The notes under the pieces: model-generated
Told to the model about the DNA's origin: nothing
The model's input: only the letters and a program-made list of their open reading frames with translations
Database searches by the model: none
Part shown: piece after piece, positions 1 to 13,238 of the stretch
How positions within the stretch are numbered: the first letter of the stretch is position 1
Layout of the letters: the number at the start of each line of letters is the position of its first letter
Source: Eledone cirrhosa
Lineage: Eukaryota
Direction: 5' to 3'
NCBI GenBank assembly: GCA_964016885.1
Contig: CAXHJY010000315.1
Location: forward strand, 10,221 to 74,220
DNA length: 64,000 bases
Program-made: the position numbers and the translations under genes

Positions 1-425
1 GTTCAGTGATTCTTTCTTGAGACATTCTAACCACATACCCATAGTATCGGAGCTGTGATCTATCAATTCGGGGGAAGTAGCAGCTCTACCTGGAGTGACT
101 CTCTGATCTCCGAGTTACAAATCTGTTCAGTGATTCTTTCTTGAGACATTCTAACCACATACCCATAGTATCGGAGCTGTGATCTATCAATTCGGGGGAA
201 GTAGCAGCTCTACCTGGAGTAACTCTCTGATCTCCGAGTTACAAATCTGTTCAGTGATTCTTTCTTGAGACATTCTAACCACATGCCCATAGTATCGGAG
301 CTGTGACCTCTCAATTCAGTGATTCTTTCTTGAGACATTCTAACCACATACCCATAGTATCGGAGCTGTGATCTCTCAGTTCGGAGAAATAGCTGGTATA
401 ACAGAAGTGACTCTCTGATCTCCAA
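1..425 (-). mobile_element. RTE-clade LINE ORF2 C-terminal fragment amplified as a 124-bp tandem repeat
   Basis: Units start at 1, 125 and 249, with a partial copy from ~314. The minus strand reads NSEIRESLQVELLL/(+1 frameshift)RIDRSQLRYYGYVVRMSQER, resembling the RTE post-RT motif N.EIR...RLRWFGHV.RM...R. Confidence 0.7.
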
Positions 426-576
426 CTCTTGCGGTTTTTTGTTATCTTCATTTTATGTTCTCAGATTAAATCCATTCCCAGATCAACTTTGCTTTCTTTT
501 CTATCTGGGTCGATAAAATAGGCCTTAATGAAAAGATAAGATCCATGGAATAATCTATTCTCTAAATTTCTTGCAT

Positions 577-785
577 GGATTGGAAATATCGCTAGAGCAT
601 CGGACAAAATACTTTGCGCTATTTAATTAGGTATTTCAACATTCTGAGTTCAAATTCCGCCGAGGTCAACTTTGCCTGTTTTCCTTCCTAAGTCGATAAA
701 ATAAAGTACCAGTTATCCACTGGGGTTGCTATAACAGACTTTCCACTTCCTGCAAATTGCTGGCCCTGTGTCAATGTTAGAAAGA
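577..785 (+). mobile_element. tRNA-derived SINE, diverged copy
   Basis: A-box-like TTGGAAATATCGCTAG, B-box GAGTTCAAATTCC and the family core AACTTTGCC..GTCGATAAAATAAAGTACCAGT. Confidence 0.8.
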
Positions 786-801
786 TTTATGTTTATATTC
801 T

Positions 802-842
<41 letters not shown>

Positions 843-843
<1 letters not shown>

Positions 844-922
844 ATAACTGATTCTACATAAAGTCCTATGGCTTTTGTAACTTACCATGTATATTATCAC
901 CCTTGTGTCCAATAAAGAAATT

Positions 923-925
<3 letters not shown>
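843..925 (+). mobile_element. Short L1/Tx1-like LINE 3' end within (TA)n
   Basis: Ends CCCTTGTGTCCAATAAAGAAAT, similar to the minus-strand termini near 16620, 32915 and 57580. Confidence 0.45.
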
Positions 926-998
<73 letters not shown>

Positions 999-1131
999 TA
1001 CACACACACACACACACATACACACACATATATATTTATATATATTTATATATATATATATTTATATATCATATATATATATTTGTATATCATATATATA
1101 TATCATCTATATATGTATATATTTCTTTTAT

Positions 1132-1166
<35 letters not shown>

Positions 1167-1167
1167 T

Positions 1168-1211
<44 letters not shown>

Positions 1212-1300
1212 CATATATATATATATATATATATATCATATATATATATATCATCTATATATGTATATATTTTGTTTATATCATATATATATATATATAT

Positions 1301-1410
1301 AAACGCTCAGCCGTCAGGGTCCTGAACCTTTTCATATTACCCACTCTATTACCCCAAGTATCGAGTACTCTGGTGGGTGATGGTCTAACTGGTTTTTACC
1401 ACACTCTATC
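1301..1410 (+). mobile_element. Fold-back family A, truncated diverged copy
   Basis: GCTCAGCCGTCAGGGTCC..TTACCCACTCTA..GAGTACTCTGGTG matches the family A arm and tail; (TA)n on both sides. Confidence 0.75.
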
Positions 1411-1432
1411 TAATATATATATATATATATGA

Positions 1433-1485
<53 letters not shown>

Positions 1486-1488
<3 letters not shown>

Positions 1489-1665
1489 GATATTAACAAA
1501 TGGAAACTATATTTATAAAACCATATCTATTTTATTATACATATTTCAAGGATACCATGTTAAATTATGGTGTGCTTTCATCAGACAAAATACAATATAT
1601 ACCAGTTTTATAAATAAATATTGACGTACCCTTTCAAAATGCAACCGTTACTTTTGGAAAACATC
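1486..1665 (+). mobile_element. Fold-back family C, inverted arm only
   Basis: TACGATATTAACAAATGGAAAC..GGTGTGCTTTCATCAG matches the left arms at 40279 and 50871; the extension is the reverse complement of the inner right arm of the 40279 copy. Confidence 0.75.
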
Positions 1666-1813
1666 GGGATATTGGATTTGTTTATCTTAGTAAGTCATTG
1701 TGTTTCGGAGAACACAATATATATATACACAATATATATATATATAATATACTATAAATTATGTCCATAGAATCATTTGATAAGATATATACTCTATACT
1801 ATATATATATATA

Positions 1814-1929
1814 TATTGTTATACTTTGGGAGGGTCATGTTGGCAACATGACCCTCCCAAAGTATAACAATATCGGTTTCAACACACGATTTCAGATAAA
1901 GAATCTTGCTAAACAAATTCAGAAACGAA

Positions 1930-1930
<1 letters not shown>
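1814..1930 (+). mobile_element. Fold-back family B, shortened palindrome plus tail
   Basis: TATTGTTATACTTTGGGAGGGTCATGTTG / CAACATGACCCTCCCAAAGTATAACAATA followed by the same tail as 22386-22591. Confidence 0.85.
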
Positions 1931-1961
<31 letters not shown>

Positions 1962-2035
1962 TAACAAAATTATTTGCAGAATTTGTGTTTCGGCTCTTTA
2001 TGTACAGAGTTTAAATCCAGGGGTCGAAGATACAA

Positions 2036-2453
2036 GGTGGATTGGCAGTATCGGTAGAGGGTCGGACGCCATGCTTTGACGCCATTCTGAGTTCAAATCC
2101 CGCCGAGGTTAACTTTGCCTTTCATCCTTACGGGGGTCGATGAAACAAAGTACCAGTAATGCACTGGGGTAATTGCTGGCCTTGTGCCTAAAATAGAAAC
2201 AATTATTATATTTTGTATTGGTATTTGAGGGTTTCTCCTATTTATAGCTGTCCGAACGATTGGAAAAAATCTCACAACCTGTGTGGTTAATGATTATAAG
2301 ATGAGGACTGATAAAATTGATTACACTAATTCCTTGAAATGTTTTAATTAATAAAATTAATAATTGTTTGTTTGTTTTTTGTTTGTTTTTGTTTTTCATA
2401 ATCGAAACTGAATAAACTTCAAGCAATTTGTATTTCGGGATGGGGGGCGGGGG

Positions 2454-2511
<58 letters not shown>

Positions 2512-2691
2512 TTGGCAGTAACGGTAGAGGGTCGGACACCATGCTTTGACGCATAGAGTTACGGCCCTTGCCATTCTGATTTCAAATCCCGACGAGGTTA
2601 ACTTTGCCTTTCATCCTTAAAGAGTCGAGAAAATATAGTACAAGTAATGCACTGAGGTAATTGCTGGCCTTGTGCCAAAACTAGAAACATT

Positions 2692-2729
<38 letters not shown>

Positions 2730-2913
2730 TATTATTTGGCAGTATCGGTAGAGGGTCGGACGCCATGCTTTGACGCATATAGAGTTACAGCCCTTGCCAT
2801 TCTGAGTTCAAATCCCGCCGAGGTTAACTTTGCCTTTCATTCTTACAGGGTCGATAAAATAAAGTACCAGTCACGCACTTGGGTCATTGCTGGCCTTGTG
2901 CCAAAACTAGAAA

Positions 2914-2915
<2 letters not shown>
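2036..2915 (+). mobile_element. Three tRNA-derived SINE copies (~2036-2209, 2512-2692, 2736-2915)
   Basis: Each has TTGGCAGTATCGGTAGAGGGTCGGA, GTTCAAATCCCG, the core TTTGCCTTTCATCCTTACGGGGTCGATAAAATAAAGTACCAG and a TAGAAACA end with an (ATT)n or (ATC)n tail. The core resembles the MetaSINE-type domain from memory. Confidence 0.9.
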
Positions 2916-2952
<37 letters not shown>

Positions 2953-3343
2953 TATTATCATTATCATTATCATCAAAATTGTTAATTTATGTGGCTAATA
3001 GATTGTATTTTCCTGAGATACTCTCGTGAAATAAAATGTGGCACACCCACTCACTTAAAGATGGAGCCAATTGAAAAGCTCTACTTAATGAAGGTGGTTT
3101 CAGGTGAAACACAATAACCTACCTGGCTGCTACAATACATCTTCAGCATGGTAGGCGAAGATATATTTTATTCATCACCATATATTATATTTTGAAAATA
3201 CCTCCCCCCTGCATAGTGGAAATCTAATAATTATATATTGGCATATATTTCGTTACAGAGGAGTTTGTATATGTAAGCTGAAGTCTGTGTGGGTGTTAAG
3301 GGAGTAAAAGGTCTCTCTCCCTCTCTCTCTCTAACTCTCTCTC

Positions 3344-3458
<115 letters not shown>

Positions 3459-4219
3459 ATAATGATAAATTTGAAGACTAAAATCCAAAGAGGGCTCGAT
3501 ATATATATATATATATACACACACACATACATATAAGTATATATATGTATATATATATATGTATATATTTATAGATATATAAGTATATATATGTATATAT
3601 ATATATGTATATATTTATAGATATATAAGTATATATATGTATATGTATATATTTATAAATATATAAGTATATATATGTATATATATATATGTATATATTT
3701 ATAAATATATATGTATATGTATATATTTATAGATATATAAGTATATATGATGTATATATATATATATATATTTATATATAGATATATATGAATGCATGTA
3801 TGATGTATATATATTAATGTATATATGACGTATATATATTTATGAATGTATATATGATGTCTATATATATATATTTATGAATGTGTATATGATGTATATA
3901 TATATATACATATATATAAATTTATGAATGTGTATATGATGTATGTATTTATATATATATTTATGAATGTATAAATGATGTGTATATATATATATACATG
4001 CAGATTAAGGAGCGTGTGAGTGTATGAGAAAAAAAGGCCTATATATATGTGTGTGTGTGTGTGTGTGCATGCTATAGGTGTGTGTATAAAGTCTATGTGG
4101 GGGTGCAACGGTGTAAGAAAAGAAATGGCGGTATAAAAAAAAAATTTAGAGATCTAGTTAATACTGATTTAGTTGTTAATATTATTTAACTATAGGAGAT
4201 ACACTGAAAGAATTTTAGC

Positions 4220-4265
<46 letters not shown>

Positions 4266-4294
4266 TGTGTGTAATATAATATAATATAATATAG

Positions 4295-4385
4295 TATAGA
4301 AATGGCTTCTACAGGACTAGAACTGTTTCATTTTGCTGTGTACCTTACTTACAGTGGTTTCCCCCCCTATTGAACCCGCGATAAA
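4295..4385 (+). mobile_element. Fold-back family D, internally deleted copy
   Basis: Left arm TATAGAAATGGCTTCTACAGGACTAGAACTGTTTCATT joined to the tail GTACCTTACTTAC..TTGAACCC seen at 29474 and 30490. Confidence 0.7.
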
Positions 4386-4444
4386 CACACACATATATAT
4401 ATATATATAAATATAAATACATATACAGGATGTGAGTTGTTGAT

Positions 4445-4496
<52 letters not shown>

Positions 4497-4552
4497 TGTA
4501 CGTGTGTAAATTTATATTCCATATTATATATTAAATATATACATTAAATATA

Positions 4553-4593
<41 letters not shown>

Positions 4594-4595
<2 letters not shown>

Positions 4596-4779
4596 CGAAG
4601 GAAATGTGGTAAGGAACCAGGTGGACCATAACGCACCAAAGTACTCAATACTTAGGGTAGTAGAGTGGGTAATAGGAACGAGTAGGACCCCCGACGGCTG
4701 AGCTCAAGCCGTTTCGACGGCTAAGTCCAGAATTAGCCGTCGAAAGGGCTTAAGCTCAGCCGTCGGGGTCCTACTCGTT

Positions 4780-4783
<4 letters not shown>
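4594..4783 (-). mobile_element. Fold-back family A copy (tail 4594-4672, palindrome 4673-4783)
   Basis: Arms TAGGAACGAGTAGGACCCC..GACGGCTAA / TTAGCCGTC..GGGGTCCTACTCGTTCCTA; (TA)n on both sides. Confidence 0.9.
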
Positions 4784-4820
<37 letters not shown>

Positions 4821-4928
4821 TAACTAGAATTATAAGCTTTCGCTGTAATTCATGTAGAGAAATCTAATAGTATATATAACAAGGTATATAAGTGCACCAT
4901 AGCGGAAGAAAATGAGGATTTACACAGG

Positions 4929-4997
4929 TGGGGAGGTTCATATAATGGGCGAGCACACTTATCTAGAAATTAGGAGACGTGTGTTCGATTCCCATCA
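4929..4997 (+). other. Degenerate tRNA-like head (possible SINE remnant)
   Basis: GGTTCATATAATGG followed at tRNA-like spacing by a B-box GTTCGATTCC; no intact cloverleaf. Confidence 0.3.
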
Positions 4998-5090
4998 ATA
5001 CTGATATCCATTTGTGTCAGTTATGAGGGATTATATATCTTGTTAATACACAATTTTCTGTAGTCAAAATACGGCGAAAGAGTTTAAATC

Positions 5091-5137
<47 letters not shown>

Positions 5138-5139
<2 letters not shown>

Positions 5140-5277
5140 GAAAAAGTATGACCCCGACGGCAGAGCTCAAGCCATTACGACGGCTATTTCTGGACTATTT
5201 CCCACTCTACCACCCTATATATTGAGTACTCTGGTGCGTTATGGTCCATCTGGTTCCTTACCACAATTCCTTTGTTA
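5138..5277 (+). mobile_element. Fold-back family A copy with right arm deleted
   Basis: Left arm AGGAAAAAGTATGACCCCGACGGCAGAGCTC joined directly to the tail CCCACTCTACCACCCT..CCTTACCAC. Confidence 0.85.
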
Positions 5278-5293
5278 TATATGTATATATATA

Positions 5294-5341
<48 letters not shown>

Positions 5342-5379
5342 TATTTATATACATACATAGATATATATATATATTTATG

Positions 5380-5411
<32 letters not shown>

Positions 5412-5567
5412 TATATTTATAAACGTATATATATACAAATATAAATATAGATTTATATATATATAGACATATATGTGTGCGTACGTGTGTGTATGTGTTT
5501 GTGATTGTGTGTTTATATATACATTCAGGTATGCATGTATATAACTATGCGTATATATACATGTTTG

Positions 5568-5635
<68 letters not shown>

Positions 5636-5747
5636 ATTTGTGTATGTATATATTCTATAAATGCATAAGTTTATATATTGGTACATTTAGTTATATATAT
5701 TTACACGGGCACCCATCTGTATATATGCATATATATGCATATATATG

Positions 5748-5782
<35 letters not shown>

Positions 5783-5917
5783 GTGTATGTATATATGTAT
5801 ATGTATATGTATATATATAATATGTATATGGTTCATATAAATATATATATATATATAATGCATACTTACAAACATACATGTAGATATATATTTATTTATA
5901 TATATATGTATAAGTAT

Positions 5918-5963
<46 letters not shown>

Positions 5964-6161
5964 TTATACATATATACTTATACATATATACTTATACATA
6001 TATACTTATATATATATACTTATATATATATACTTATACATATATACTTATATATATATATACTTATATATACATACTTATATATATATATATACCTATA
6101 TATAATCTTATAAACTTACAACCCCCCCCCCCCCAACACACACACATACACATACGCACAC

Positions 6162-6234
<73 letters not shown>

Positions 6235-6267
6235 AATATATACATGTATCTATATGTAAAGAGTTTC

Positions 6268-6407
6268 AGGCAGGAGACTAGACTATATAAGAAACGAAAC
6301 CTCGGTCCAATGTTCTGTGGGTATATAATACACTACATAATTACTGTGTGGTTACTGTAATAATTTAAAGTTATATATACTACACATAGAATATAGTCTC
6401 TCCTGCA
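6268..6407. mobile_element. Degenerate fold-back element with half-hammerhead motif
   Basis: Imperfect inverted ends GCAGGAGACTAGACTATA / TATAGTCTCTCCTGC; GAAAC-CTCG-GTC at 6296-6307; TA-flanked. Confidence 0.35.
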
Positions 6408-6412
6408 TATAT

Positions 6413-6440
<28 letters not shown>

Positions 6441-6443
<3 letters not shown>

Positions 6444-6501
6444 CATATATCAGATCTCATCAATTATTAATATTATTATTAATATATATATATATATTAT
6501 A

Positions 6502-6558
<57 letters not shown>

Positions 6559-6648
6559 TTGTGTGTTTGTGTCTGTGCATATATAGTGTACATTCAAATA
6601 TATATATATATATGCATGTATACACACAACACACACAAATATCTATAT

Positions 6649-6725
<77 letters not shown>

Positions 6726-6731
6726 ATATAA

Positions 6732-6796
<65 letters not shown>

Positions 6797-6866
6797 ATAT
6801 AAATATATAATATATATATATATTAATAATAATATTAATAATTGATGAGATCTGATATATGTATAT
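6441..6866. repeat. ~65-bp inverted repeat around a microsatellite-filled loop
   Basis: ATACATATATCAGATCTCATCAATTATTAATATTATT at the left end and its reverse complement ending at ~6866. Confidence 0.85.
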
Positions 6867-6872
6867 TTCATA

Positions 6873-7510
<638 letters not shown>

Positions 7511-7559
7511 CATAGATATGTGTATATATATACATAGATATGTATATATGTATATATAG

Positions 7560-7590
<31 letters not shown>

Positions 7591-7897
7591 GATATGTATA
7601 TGTGTATATATAGATATTATATATAGATATATATACATAGATATGTATATATATATATACATAGATATGTATATATGTATATATAGATATTATATATAGA
7701 TATGTATACATATCTATGTATATATATATATACATAGATATGTATATATGTATATATATTATATATAGATATATATACATAGATATGTATATATATATAT
7801 ATATGTATATATTGATATGTGCACTGAGGCACATGTGGATTTACTTACGTAAGCAACAATAGATGTACGTGCATCGTTATATATATATACACATATA

Positions 7898-7929
<32 letters not shown>

Positions 7930-7982
7930 CATATATATATATACATATATATATATACATATATATATATACATATATATAC

Positions 7983-8065
<83 letters not shown>

Positions 8066-8097
8066 TATATATACACATACATATATATACACATATA

Positions 8098-8151
<54 letters not shown>

Positions 8152-8281
8152 TATATATATATGCACATATATAAATATTTATTTGTATATATACATATAT
8201 ATGTATATATATATGTGTATATATATATATGTGTGTATATATATATATATATGTGTGTATATATATATATATATATGTGTG

Positions 8282-8334
<53 letters not shown>

Positions 8335-8381
8335 TTATGTATATATAGATATGTGTGTATATATATATATATGTGTGTGTG

Positions 8382-10308
8382 TAAAATAAAGTACCAGTAA
8401 TGTACTGGGTAATTGCTGGCCTTGTGCCTAAAGTAGAAACAATTATTACACATTCATAACACCGACTTCTATCTACTCACATAACCACTAACCTCTAAAG
8501 GACCACCTACGTAACCTCTCAACTGCTAAAAGTAGCAGTCATATTCAAATCTCAAACCATTCTGTCATACTCTCTTTTAAAGGTCATTCGTCGATTGGCA
8601 GTATCGGTAGAGGGTCGGACGCCATGCTTTGACGCAAAGAGTTACGGCCCTTGCCATTCTGAGTTCAAATCCCGCCAAGGTTAACTTTGCCTTTCATCCT
8701 TACGGGGTCGATAAAAATAAAGTACCAGTAATGCACTGGTTAATTGCTGGCCTTGTGCCTAAAGTAGAAACAATTATGTATGAAATAAAAAGAAACTCGT
8801 GATGATCATGGCTAGAATGTATTTGATTATTAGTCTTGTCGGATAAGGGTGGTGAATTGGCAGTATCGGTTGTAGCTCGGACGCCATGCTTTGCAGCATA
8901 GAGTTACAGCCCTTTACGGTCTGAGTTCAAATCCCGTCGAGATTAACTTTCCTTTTCATCCGTACGGAGTCGATAAAATAAAGTACCAGTCACGCACTGG
9001 GCTCGATTTAATCGATTGTCTCCTCCCCCAAAATTGCTGGCCTCGTGGCTATATAAGAAACCCTTATTCGTCTTCTCGGTGAATTGATCAGTATCGGTAG
9101 AGGGGTGGACGCCACGCTTTCTAGCATAGTTACGTCCCTTTACGGTCTGAGTTCAAATCCCGTCGAGATTAACTTTGCCTTTCATCCTTACGGGGGTCAA
9201 TAAAATAAAGTACCAGTAATGTACTGGGGTAATTGTTGGCCTTGTGCCAAAAGTAGAAACAGTTATTGGTCTTCTCAGTCTGTGTTTCCTGAGACTAAAC
9301 CACCATAAGGACAACCAGACATTTTACAATCTTCTGGCGCCTCATAGAAATGCGTAAGGTGGTTCGCATTGTGTATTCAATATATATGGCGGTGTTTCCC
9401 AGTAATCGGTAGAGCATCGAACAATATGCTTTGTGGCATATAATTACTGTCCTTTGTGTTCTGAGTTCAAATCCCACCCTGGAATCGGTAGAGCGTCGGA
9501 CAATATGCTTTGTAGCATATAGTTACGGTCCTTTGTGTTCTGAGTTCAAATCCTGCCTGGGTTAGCTTTGCCTTTTATCCATACTGGGTCGATAAAATAA
9601 AGTACCAGTAACGAACTGGGGTCTGTTTAACCGACTTCCACTCCCCCCAAATTGTTGGACCCGTGCCCATCTCAAAACCCATTGTCTATACAATGTATAG
9701 GGTGGGTGGTAGATCGACAGTATTGGTAGAATATCGGACAGCATGCTTTGCGGCATATTGTTACGGCCCTTTTCATTCTTAGATCAAACCCTGCCAAAGT
9801 TAGCTTTGCCTTTCATTCTTATGGGGTCGATAATGGGATGGGGCTTGTTATTATTATTATTATTATTATATATTTTGAAGGAGGGGGTAGTTTGCTCTTA
9901 TGATGTCCACTTCCACCCTATCTCTTGTAGCAAATATAAGATATTGTTATTATTATACTTTACACGGATTGGCAGTATCGGTAGAGAGTCGGACGCCATG
10001 CTTTCCAGCATAGTTACGTCCCTTTACGGTCTGAGTTCAAATCCCGCCGAGGTTGACTTTGCCTTTCATCCTTACGGGGTCGATAAAATAAAGTACCAGT
10101 AATGCACTGGGTAATTGCTGGCCTTGTGCCTAAGGTAGAAACAATTATTTCGGCCCTTTACATTCTGAGTTCAAATCCCACCGAGGTCAGCTTTGCCTTT
10201 CATCCTTACGGAGTCTATAAAATAAAGTACCAGTAATGGGGGTCGATTTAAACGACATTTCCCTTGTCATGAAATTGCTGGCCTTGAGCCAAAAGTCGAC
10301 ACAATTAT
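8382..10308 (+). mobile_element. Cluster of about 8 same-orientation SINE copies and fragments
   Basis: Copies near 8382 (3' fragment), 8593, 8848, 9079, 9388 (head duplicated), 9706, 9965 and 10150 (5' truncated). Two 3' variants occur, with or without GGGGTCGATTTAATCGAC. Confidence 0.9.
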
Positions 10309-10604
10309 GTATGCAATGTATGCAGTGTATGCAGTGTATGCAGTGTATGTAAAGTATGCAGCAGAGCCAGTTCTATATTTAGTTAGGTGCACCTATGAAA
10401 TGTAGCCCACACATTGTCGCCCACAATGAAATATAGAGTAGGAGGCAGCTGAGGTAGGAGTCGCTAGATGTCGAGGGGGGGGGGGAGTAACGTTGTTGCA
10501 GTTTGCTGCTAACGTCTCCCTCTTCACAGAAATACATTTTGGGAAAGTCACCTTCAATTCTATTATAATATTTCATTAGTCCATCAAAGCCATTTATTTC
10601 TCAA

Positions 10605-10821
10605 GCACAAGCTTCTCTCTCTCTCTCTCTCTCCCTCTCTCCCTCCTTCGTGAACTTTCTTTTCTCATAAGCTTCTCCTCTGTCTTTATCTTTATTATTG
10701 GTCTCTCTCTCTTTCTCTCTCTCTCTCCCTCTCTCTCTCTCTCTCTCCCTCTCTCCCTCCTTCGTGAACTTTCTTTTCTCATAAGCTTCTCCTCTGTCTT
10801 TATCTTTATCATTGGTCTCTC

Positions 10822-10852
<31 letters not shown>

Positions 10853-10920
10853 CACACACTCTCTCCCTCCTTCGTGAACTTTCTTTTCTCATAAGCTTCT
10901 CTGTCTTTATCTTTATCATT

Positions 10921-11008
<88 letters not shown>

Positions 11009-11065
11009 TCGTGAACTTTCTTTTCTCATAAGCTTCTCTGTCTTTATCTTTATCATTGATCTCTC
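10605..11065. repeat. Compound minisatellite: four ~60-bp cores separated by variable (CT)n
   Basis: CCTTCGTGAACTTTCTTTTCTCATAAGCTTCTC..TCTTTATCTTTATCATTG near 10645, 10759, 10869 and 11006. Confidence 0.9.
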
Positions 11066-11248
11066 TCTCTTTCTCTCTCTCTCTATCTATCTACCCCCCC
11101 CCCCCCCGCATCTCTCTCGCTTTACAATAAAATATGTCAGTCTGTCTGAATATTTCTATGATTCTGCCTTTACTTTCTCATTGATCTCTCTCACTATGAC
11201 TCCCTCTCTCACTATATCTCTCTCTATATATATATATCCCTCTCTCTC

Positions 11249-11297
<49 letters not shown>

Positions 11298-11843
11298 CCC
11301 TCTATCTCTCACACACACTCTCTATAACTTTATAATAAAACATGTCAGTCTTTCTGAATACTTCTGACTATATCTTTACCCTTCTCGTTGTTCTCTCTCA
11401 CTAACTCTAACTATGTCTCACTATCTCTCCTCTCCCTCTCTCACTATATATATATCTCACTCTCTCTCTATCTCCCTAATATCCGCCTCTCCCCCCCCCC
11501 CCTCGCTCTCACACAATCACTCTCTATAACTTTACAATATAATATGTCGGTCTCTCTCACATCATCTATGACTCTGTCTTCAAATTTCTAATGTCACCTT
11601 GATTATGTTTGGCCTACAAGAGAAAGAAATATGTTTCCGTGTAGTTGTTGTTCATATTGCTACTGTTGTGTGTCTTGCTTAAGATGTAGTGATAGAGCTG
11701 GGGGTGAAGAGTTGGAGCTGGTGTTCGATGTATTGATTAGGAATAGAACATTTGTCCACCACACACACTACCATTTTTTACACCATAATCTTTGTTTCTA
11801 GCCAAAAGTATATAACACTGGAAGATATATATATAATTATATT

Positions 11844-11899
<56 letters not shown>

Positions 11900-11901
<2 letters not shown>

Positions 11902-12093
11902 GAACAAGTATGACCCCGACGGCAGAGCTCAAGCCGTTTTCGACGGCTAATTCAGTCCAGAATAGCCGTCGAAACGGCTTGAGCTCTGCCGTCGGGGGTC
12001 ATACTTGGTCCTATTACCCACTCTACTACCCTAAGTATTGAGTACTTTGGTGCGTTATGGTCCATCTGGTTGCTTACCACGTTTCCTTCGTTA
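11900..12093 (+). mobile_element. Fold-back family A copy
   Basis: Arms GGAACAAGTATGACCCCGACGGCAGAGCTC / GAGCTCTGCCGTCGGGGGTCATACTTGGTCC plus tail; lies between (GA)n and (TA)n. Confidence 0.9.
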
Positions 12094-12481
12094 TATATAT
12101 ATATTACTAAAACTCTGTGATTGCGTGCTTGTCTTTAATGTAATATAGCCAAAACTGGCGCATAATGGGAAAAACACTTTGAAAATAATTTTCAAATGAA
12201 ATGGGAATACAAATGGAATAAAACAAGTTTTGCGTAAATCGAAGCACGGGACCTCGAGATACGGGATTTTTCTGCGTACCTTCATAAATAGCAAACAACT
12301 CCGTGATAACCTATAACGCTCTCTATATATTATAACTCCCTCTCTCTCTATAATAACCCTCTCTCTTTTTATATATTATAACCCTCTATATATATAAAAT
12401 ATATATATATATATTTTTTTTTTTTATATCGATATTTGTTTCGGGCATCCACTGATGATTTATAAGTGCCCACCTACATAT

Positions 12482-12750
12482 ATTCCTACGGACTATGTGT
12501 CGGCTTCTACATAACCTGGACATTATTTTCCCAATTTGTAGAAACTTATAATGAAACGATCGTTATGGAAAAAGAGATGTATTTTAATTATGTCTCATAT
12601 AAATTAATACAACTGGCTATCCGCAAAATACGTATAGTTAGCACCCCAAACGTATAATTGGGATTGTACTAAGGTATATCCTAATGTTTGTTGAGTGAGA
12701 CGGAAGCCGGTCGGAGTATTGCTTAAAGCTTTCTCTGTTAATGTATTAAA
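12482..12750 (+). mobile_element. Dispersed ~270-bp repeat (family L) with hammerhead-like motif
   Basis: Reverse-complement copy at 25853-26123. Contains TTTTCCCA..TTGTAGA..GAAAC-GATC-GTT..TGGAAA at 12526-12571. Confidence 0.75.
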
Positions 12751-12770
12751 TATATAAATATATATATATT

Positions 12771-12811
12771 ACTAGACTATCCGTGACCAAACGGGTCATG
12801 GGTGGTCTAGT
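12771..12811. other. 41-bp hairpin with CTAGT termini on both strands (Helitron-3'-end-like)
   Basis: ACTAGACTAT-CCGTGACC-AAACG-GGTCATGG-GTGGTCTAGT. Confidence 0.4.
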
Positions 12812-12831
12812 ACATAATAAATATATACTCA

Positions 12832-12960
12832 TATGGCTGTGTGGTTGAAGAGTTTGCTAAGCAATTACGTGGACTCGGGTTCGGTCCAACCACGTGGAAT
12901 TTAGACAAATGGTTTGTCAGACAATTTTGGCTAACGGAAACTGTACAAAAGTTACATCAG
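12832..12960 (+). mobile_element. Degenerate copy of a second tRNA-derived SINE family
   Basis: A-box TGGCTGTGTGGTT, B-box-like GGTTCGGTCC, then ..ACGGAAACTG; resembles an abundant octopus SINE recalled from memory. Confidence 0.55.
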
Positions 12961-13049
12961 ACATATAAATACGTATGTGTCTACATTTCAGTATGGCATA
13001 TATATGGTTTATTGTAGTTGTTGGTGTTTTGGGGCTTTCGTCATCTCTA

Positions 13050-13238
13050 ACGTGTAATGATCCAGTTGATTCAATCAACAGAACTGTTTATCTAGGAAAT
13101 TAAAGTATAAGTAGCTGAGCATTTCACAGACACGTGCACCATTAACGTAGGTCACAGAGAAATTTAATTTTTTTTATATAATACGTGACAAAGTTGGGTC
13201 CTTCAAATACAGATACAACTCATTTTTGCCAACTGAGT
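13050..13238 (-). mobile_element. Degenerate interspersed repeat (SINE 3' part)
   Basis: ATCAACAGAAC..GAAATTAA..GCTGAGCATTTCACAGACACGTG..ACAACTCATTTTTGCCAACTGAGT; related fragment GATCAACGGAACAG..GTGAAATTA at ~63066-63096. Confidence 0.5.

Noticed and set aside
2036-2110. tRNA genes at A-box/B-box sites
   Set aside because: They are SINE heads: no cloverleaf, and always followed by the SINE core.
12452-12458. CTGATGA inside a GGGCA/TGCCC hairpin
   Set aside because: No downstream GAAA or stem III at a suitable distance.
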